Below are positions 60,366 to 64,000 of a stretch of 64,000 nt of DNA, one piece after another (within the stretch, counting starts at the first letter, position 1; each line of letters starts with the position of its first letter). A program made the translations under genes and the position numbers. The notes beneath the pieces are model-generated. The model saw only the letters and a program-made list of their open reading frames with translations, was not told where the DNA came from and did not search any database. This stretch comes from Nitrospirota bacterium (GTDB lineage: Bacteria; Nitrospirota; 9FT-COMBO-42-15; HDB-SIOI813), in assembly GCA_020846775.1 (NCBI GenBank), contig JADLDG010000035.1:31569-95568 (forward strand), read 5' to 3'.

Positions 60366-60866
60366 CTACCCTTTCTTGCAGACCATTGTACCGACCATGC
60401 TTTCCTGATGAGCTATCCTGCCTGACTGATGATACACTGGCAATTGATTGACGAGACGATTAAGAAAGGATAAAGAGTTTCTTGTATAATTGATCGCCCT
60501 GTCTGCAAGTATCCCGTTTATCTGATTAATCTCTCGTATGCTGTCAATCAGTGATTTAAGATTAGACTGACATGATTCCATCACTTTTTTGTATCTCATA
60601 GGCGCTTTATTTATTATGATTGATAACGTCGTTGTAATGTCCGTCTCATTATGGCCCTGTATCTCAGCGATAAGTTCAACCCTTGCATCTTCCAGCACTT
60701 TTAGATTGAATATTATAGTCTCCTTCTGATTGTGACATTCATGCAGTTTTTCCAGGGATAGATCAATCATATATTGTCTTTCTTTCTGGAGAATAGTAAG
60801 GAAGTCCCTGAAAATCCCCACTTCCTTTTCCAGAATTTCCAGAAGATCTGAATATTTATCGTCCAT
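60366..60866 (-). CDS. flgN: flagellar export chaperone FlgN
   Basis: 166-aa helical protein between flgM and flgK. Its N-terminus (LLEILEKEVGIFRDFLTILQKERQ) resembles FlgN. Confidence 0.6.
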   Translation of the reverse strand: MDDKYSDLLEILEKEVGIFRDFLTILQKERQYMIDLSLEKLHECHNQKETIIFNLKVLEDARVELIAEIQGHNETDITTTLSIIINKAPMRYKKVMESCQSNLKSLIDSIREINQINGILADRAINYTRNSLSFLNRLVNQLPVYHQSGRIAHQESMVGTMVCKKG

Positions 60867-60869
60867 TGA

Positions 60870-61196
60870 TTATTCCTCTGTCATCCCTTTATACATAAGT
60901 TCACCTAATAATTTTGATGCCACATTCTCCGGATTTACTTTATATTTGCCCAGTTGCAAGTCATTTCCGATAGACTTAATTTTATCATCTCTGACTTCAG
61001 GCAAGCGATTGATGACATCCCTTATCTTGCTGAAGATTAAAGCCCGGTCCGAGATATTTACATCATTACTTGTTAATGACTTATTTATCCCTTCACTTTT
61101 TTTCGTCCTGGACAGCGTTTCTCTTATTACAGATGATCTTCCTGCCTCTATACCATTAAGGATATTGTTTTCTGTTATCTTTTCAGTAATCTTCAT
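60870..61196 (-). CDS. flgM: anti-sigma-28 factor FlgM
   Basis: C-terminal FlgM pattern (RALIFSKIRDVINRLPEVRDDKIKSIGNDLQLGKYKV). Start set at MKITEK (or at MRGPYMKIT, 61211), because the longer track ORF would contain its own promoter. Confidence 0.65.
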   Translation of the reverse strand: MKITEKITENNILNGIEAGRSSVIRETLSRTKKSEGINKSLTSNDVNISDRALIFSKIRDVINRLPEVRDDKIKSIGNDLQLGKYKVNPENVASKLLGELMYKGMTEE

Positions 61197-61232
61197 ATAA
61201 GGACCTCTCATGATAAATGTTCTTAAACATTG

Positions 61233-61259
61233 TATCGGCGAGCGTGCATGCAATGTTTA
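61233..61259 (-). promoter_or_regulatory. putative sigma-28 promoter upstream of flgM-flgN-flgK-flgL
   Basis: Minus-strand TAAACATT-N11-GCCGATAC versus the consensus TAAAGTTT-N11-GCCGATAA (6/8 and 7/8, exact spacing). It sits between the rod-binding gene stop and the flgM start. Confidence 0.5.
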
Positions 61260-61601
61260 TTATAGTTTCCCGTCCTTTTCATTTGCGCCTGATGTCCATT
61301 GTCTGATGAGGAGTTGTGAGAGCCCCAGACCTCCGCTACCTGCAATTCCCTGAGCAACGTTATCATCCATCAGAGATGTATAAACATCTCCGCCAGTGCC
61401 GGGGTCAAGGAGACCACCTTTAGGTACTGTATCCCTCATCTTCTTGAGAAGGTATGCAACAAAATATGCCTCAAATTCCTTTGCAGCCTTCTCAAACCCC
61501 TTCACATCTTTCTTTCCTTTTAAATCCGTTAACTGGTTCTGGTTGAGCTGTAACTGATCTATTTTCATTATATAATCCCACCCTTGCTTCTTCGACTCCA
61601 A
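61260..61601 (-). CDS. flagellar rod-binding protein (FlgJ N-terminal-domain-like)
   Basis: FEAYFVAYLLKKMRDT motif typical of the rod-binding domain. No muramidase domain. 113 aa. Follows flgI. Confidence 0.6.
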   Translation of the reverse strand: MESKKQGWDYIMKIDQLQLNQNQLTDLKGKKDVKGFEKAAKEFEAYFVAYLLKKMRDTVPKGGLLDPGTGGDVYTSLMDDNVAQGIAGSGGLGLSQLLIRQWTSGANEKDGKL

Positions 61602-61640
61602 TCAGTTGTGTTCAAAAATGCACCTATTAATCAACATCAG

Positions 61641-62756
61641 CTAAATAATCTCGAGATCTGCCTGCAGCGCTCCTCCAGCCTTGATAGCCTGCAAAATAGC
61701 TATTAGATCTCTGGGTGTAACCCCTACAGAATTTAATGCCCTTACTACCTCATCAACAGTAACACCGGACTGCAATACCATCAGTCTGGCCTCCTGTTCA
61801 TCCACAGAAACATCTTTCTGCGGTACAACAACAGTCTGCCCCTTTGAAAAAGCCCCTGGTTGTGATACGTCCAACTGTGTTTTAACCTGGATTGTAAGGC
61901 TTCCATGAGAAATTGCCACTGTTGAAATACGCACGTTCTCACCCATGACAACTGTACCTGTACGTTCATTCAGGATAATCCTGGCACGGGAATCTACTCT
62001 GACATCAAGATTTTCAATGTCAGCAATTAGCTCAACCGCCTTGTTCTCATATTCCGGAGGAATTGAAATGAGAACTGTACTTGCATCCTGAGGACGAGCA
62101 ACCCCCTGTCCAAGATTCTGATTGACTATATCAGCAAGTCTCACAGCAGTACTGAAGTCATGGTTTCGCAGGGTAATAGTAAGATCCTTCCTGCTGTTAA
62201 GATCCATCTCTACTTCCCGTTCTATGATAGCGCCATCTGCAATTCTCCCGACTGTTGAATGGTTTTTCTGGACACTATCACCTCCGCTGCCTCCGATATA
62301 TCCGCCGAGAGAGACTGGTCCCTGGGCAATTGCATATACCAACTGGTTTGCCCCTTTAAGAGGTGTAAACAGCAAGGTTCCACCCTGAAGACTGGTTGAA
62401 TCACCAATGGATGAAACTATCACATCTATCCTGCTCCCTTTTTTTGCAAAGGGTGGTAGTTTTGCAGTAACCATAACTGCTGCTACATTCTTAACACTTA
62501 CATCTGCCGGATCAATTGTAATACCCAACTTTGTCAACATAGACGTAACACTTCGAATTGTAAACTCCGTCCCCTTCTTATCACCTGTTCCATTAAGACC
62601 AATTATCAATCCATATCCAATTAATTGATTGTCCCGGACCCCTCCGATATTGGCGATATCTTTTATACGGGCTGCATGAAGAGGAGCTGCAACCAGAAAT
62701 AATGTTAATATTGTTATAATTGCAGTTATTTTCTTATTTGATATATTCATTCCCAT
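61641..62756 (-). CDS. flgI: flagellar P-ring protein FlgI
   Basis: Signal peptide then ARIKDIANIGGVRDNQLIGYGLIIGLNGTGDK. Start moved to MGMNISNKK to avoid a 40-nt overlap with flgH. Confidence 0.85.
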   Translation of the reverse strand: MGMNISNKKITAIITILTLFLVAAPLHAARIKDIANIGGVRDNQLIGYGLIIGLNGTGDKKGTEFTIRSVTSMLTKLGITIDPADVSVKNVAAVMVTAKLPPFAKKGSRIDVIVSSIGDSTSLQGGTLLFTPLKGANQLVYAIAQGPVSLGGYIGGSGGDSVQKNHSTVGRIADGAIIEREVEMDLNSRKDLTITLRNHDFSTAVRLADIVNQNLGQGVARPQDASTVLISIPPEYENKAVELIADIENLDVRVDSRARIILNERTGTVVMGENVRISTVAISHGSLTIQVKTQLDVSQPGAFSKGQTVVVPQKDVSVDEQEARLMVLQSGVTVDEVVRALNSVGVTPRDLIAILQAIKAGGALQADLEII

Positions 62757-62782
62757 ATCCCCAACTTCATTACAGGGTTTTA

Positions 62783-63445
62783 CTAGAACGGCCATACCGC
62801 ATCCATTATCCGTATAAACCACCCAACCTTCTGTTTATCTCCTATAACGCCTTCTCCTGTATAAATTATCTTTGCGTCTGATATATAAGTAGACAATACC
62901 ATATTACTCGGGCCTATATCCTCAGGCCTGATAATTCCACTGAGAGAGATATGCTGCGTCTCATTGTTTACTATTACCTCCCGCCTGCCGTCTATAACCA
63001 GGTTACCATTAGGAAGTCTGTCAATGACCTTTGCTGTGAGCATGGCAGTAAGGTCACTGCTCCTTGATGTCGAGCCTGAACCATCATGTTTTTCACTGGT
63101 CTCCGCGCCTACCCCACCCTGAGATAATTTATCAGGCGACATTCCGAAAAATGCCGATATTGACGTTGACAGGCTTGAGTCTTTTTCCGTTTTAGTTGAA
63201 GCGTTCTTGTTCCCCCTCGAGCTTTCAACTATCCGCACAGTAACTACATCACCGACATTATGCGCTTTCAGATCTCCAAATAGAAAGCCATCCTGCCTGT
63301 CTTCAGACCAGAGTGAACCGTCACTACCAGCCTTTGTAACCCGTTCAGCCGAGCCTTCTGAGAGAATCTGTTTTTTATCTTCTGCCGTTGTAAATACCGG
63401 AGATAAAGTAAGTACAAGTCCAATCACCATTATCAAATATTTCAT
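62783..63445 (-). CDS. flgH: flagellar L-ring lipoprotein FlgH
   Basis: Signal peptide and GDIITVxIxE-like motif (GDVVTVRIVESS). 220 aa. Confidence 0.85.
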   Translation of the reverse strand: MKYLIMVIGLVLTLSPVFTTAEDKKQILSEGSAERVTKAGSDGSLWSEDRQDGFLFGDLKAHNVGDVVTVRIVESSRGNKNASTKTEKDSSLSTSISAFFGMSPDKLSQGGVGAETSEKHDGSGSTSRSSDLTAMLTAKVIDRLPNGNLVIDGRREVIVNNETQHISLSGIIRPEDIGPSNMVLSTYISDAKIIYTGEGVIGDKQKVGWFIRIMDAVWPF

Positions 63446-63457
63446 ACTACCCCCTTA

Positions 63458-64000
63458 TCACCATTTAACACTCACTGAACCATCACCATCAACCTCGCCA
63501 ATCACCTCTTTTCGGGATTGCGTGTTGGTAATCCTTACAGGCCGGCCCCTGTACCCGTCTTCATCTGCCACGCCAACAGCAATAACCTTAAGCGACGCTG
63601 ACTCGGCAACAATAAATACCTTTTCTCCTTTTTTAAATAATGGCGGCTCCTCTAATATATTTTCAGTCAGTATTGAATTGGTCCCGACAAATCGTTTAAC
63701 CCGCTTTCCAGGAATCTGGTTGATATCACTAATGTAACCTGCCGGTAATCTTGACAGGTCCTTTCTCCCAATATAAATATCATCAGCTCCAACCATCTGT
63801 CTTTCCTTCAGAGGTTTGGATGCAAGGACAACTTCTACCAATACCTCAATCTCTGCAGTTACCCATGATGACTGAAATGAATTGTCTGAACCAGCTATGT
63901 CCAGCAGGAATGATGACCTTCCTATCATCGAAGATGACGGGGCTACTTTAATGTTATAACTCCAGCCTGCCGGTAGAGCTAATTTATTTGAAATATTGAC
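63458..64000 (-). CDS. flgA: flagellar P-ring assembly chaperone FlgA (5' end beyond window)
   Basis: SAF-domain C-terminus (IAVGVADEDGYRGRPVRITN). The reading frame stays open from the track start (63928) to the window edge, so the N-terminus is probably outside the window. Confidence 0.65.
   Translation of the reverse strand, partial: VNISNKLALPAGWSYNIKVAPSSSMIGRSSFLLDIAGSDNSFQSSWVTAEIEVLVEVVLASKPLKERQMVGADDIYIGRKDLSRLPAGYISDINQIPGKRVKRFVGTNSILTENILEEPPLFKKGEKVFIVAESASLKVIAVGVADEDGYRGRPVRITNTQSRKEVIGEVDGDGSVSVKW

Noticed and set aside
61197-61253. Longest flgM ORF starting at MHARSPIQ
   Set aside because: It contains the sigma-28 promoter proposed for flgM itself. The downstream ATGs give a protein of typical FlgM length with a reasonable RBS (GAGAGG).
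62757-62822. Longest flgI ORF starting at MVYTDNGCG
   Set aside because: It would overlap flgH by 40 nt, and the extension lacks signal-peptide character. The signal peptide begins at MGMNISNKKITAIITIL.
1-64000. Mobile elements, prophage, CRISPR-Cas, toxin-antitoxin or defence islands
   Set aside because: No transposase, integrase, phage structural, cas, restriction or TA-like ORFs were recognised anywhere in the window. The flagellar modification island shows no flanking repeats or tRNA that would mark horizontal insertion.

Overview
This 64-kb window is an AT-rich bacterial chromosomal segment, about 40% GC by eye (not computed). It is densely packed with genes, mostly on the minus strand, in an anaerobe-like context (radical SAM enzymes, FliW-CsrA, Nitrospirae/delta-proteobacteria-like proteins); no organism is asserted. 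From 5' to 3' the window holds four parts. (1) A housekeeping block: a 5'-partial DHHA1-CBS-poly(A) polymerase/CCA-family protein, Ppx/GppA, recG, rpmB, ridA, a GAF-GGDEF cyclase plus PilZ pair, a UDP-glucuronate decarboxylase-like epimerase, tatC, rimI, tsaB and radA. (2) A purine biosynthesis operon (purB-purS ... purQ-purL-purF) split by a five-gene insertion: a DUF4388/GAF protein, a CheA kinase, a REC-GGDEF WspR-like cyclase, CheW and a degenerate receiver protein. No MCP, CheB, CheR or CheY is present, and a PilZ gene follows purF. This looks like a minimal Che-like c-di-GMP signalling module embedded in, and probably co-transcribed with, the GTP-supplying pur genes. I regard it as the most unusual system in the window. 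(3) nusB-ribH-ribBA-cysE-ispF-ispD, htrA, bioA, a YkgJ-family CxxCxxCC protein and a hybrid GAF-PAS histidine kinase. (4) A late flagellar region: flgA (partial), flgH, flgI, a rod-binding protein, flgM, flgN, flgK, flgL, csrA, fliW, a short flagellin, flaG, fliD, fliS and a FliT-like gene. Immediately downstream lies a roughly 14-kb putative flagellin modification island: two Maf(DUF115)/CgeB-like glycosyltransferases, a GT2, a 929-aa GT2-GT4-methyltransferase-TPR fusion, a methyltransferase-TPR protein, a B12-binding radical SAM enzyme, a TPR-radical SAM/SPASM enzyme and a GT9-like fusion. Sequence-level signals include sigma-28-type promoters upstream of flgM and fliC, a GGA-loop hairpin plus SD in the flagellin leader consistent with FliW-CsrA partner-switch control, an intrinsic terminator after fliC and a GGGGGATTAA x3 tandem repeat. 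I saw no rRNA, tRNA, CRISPR array, transposase or integrase.
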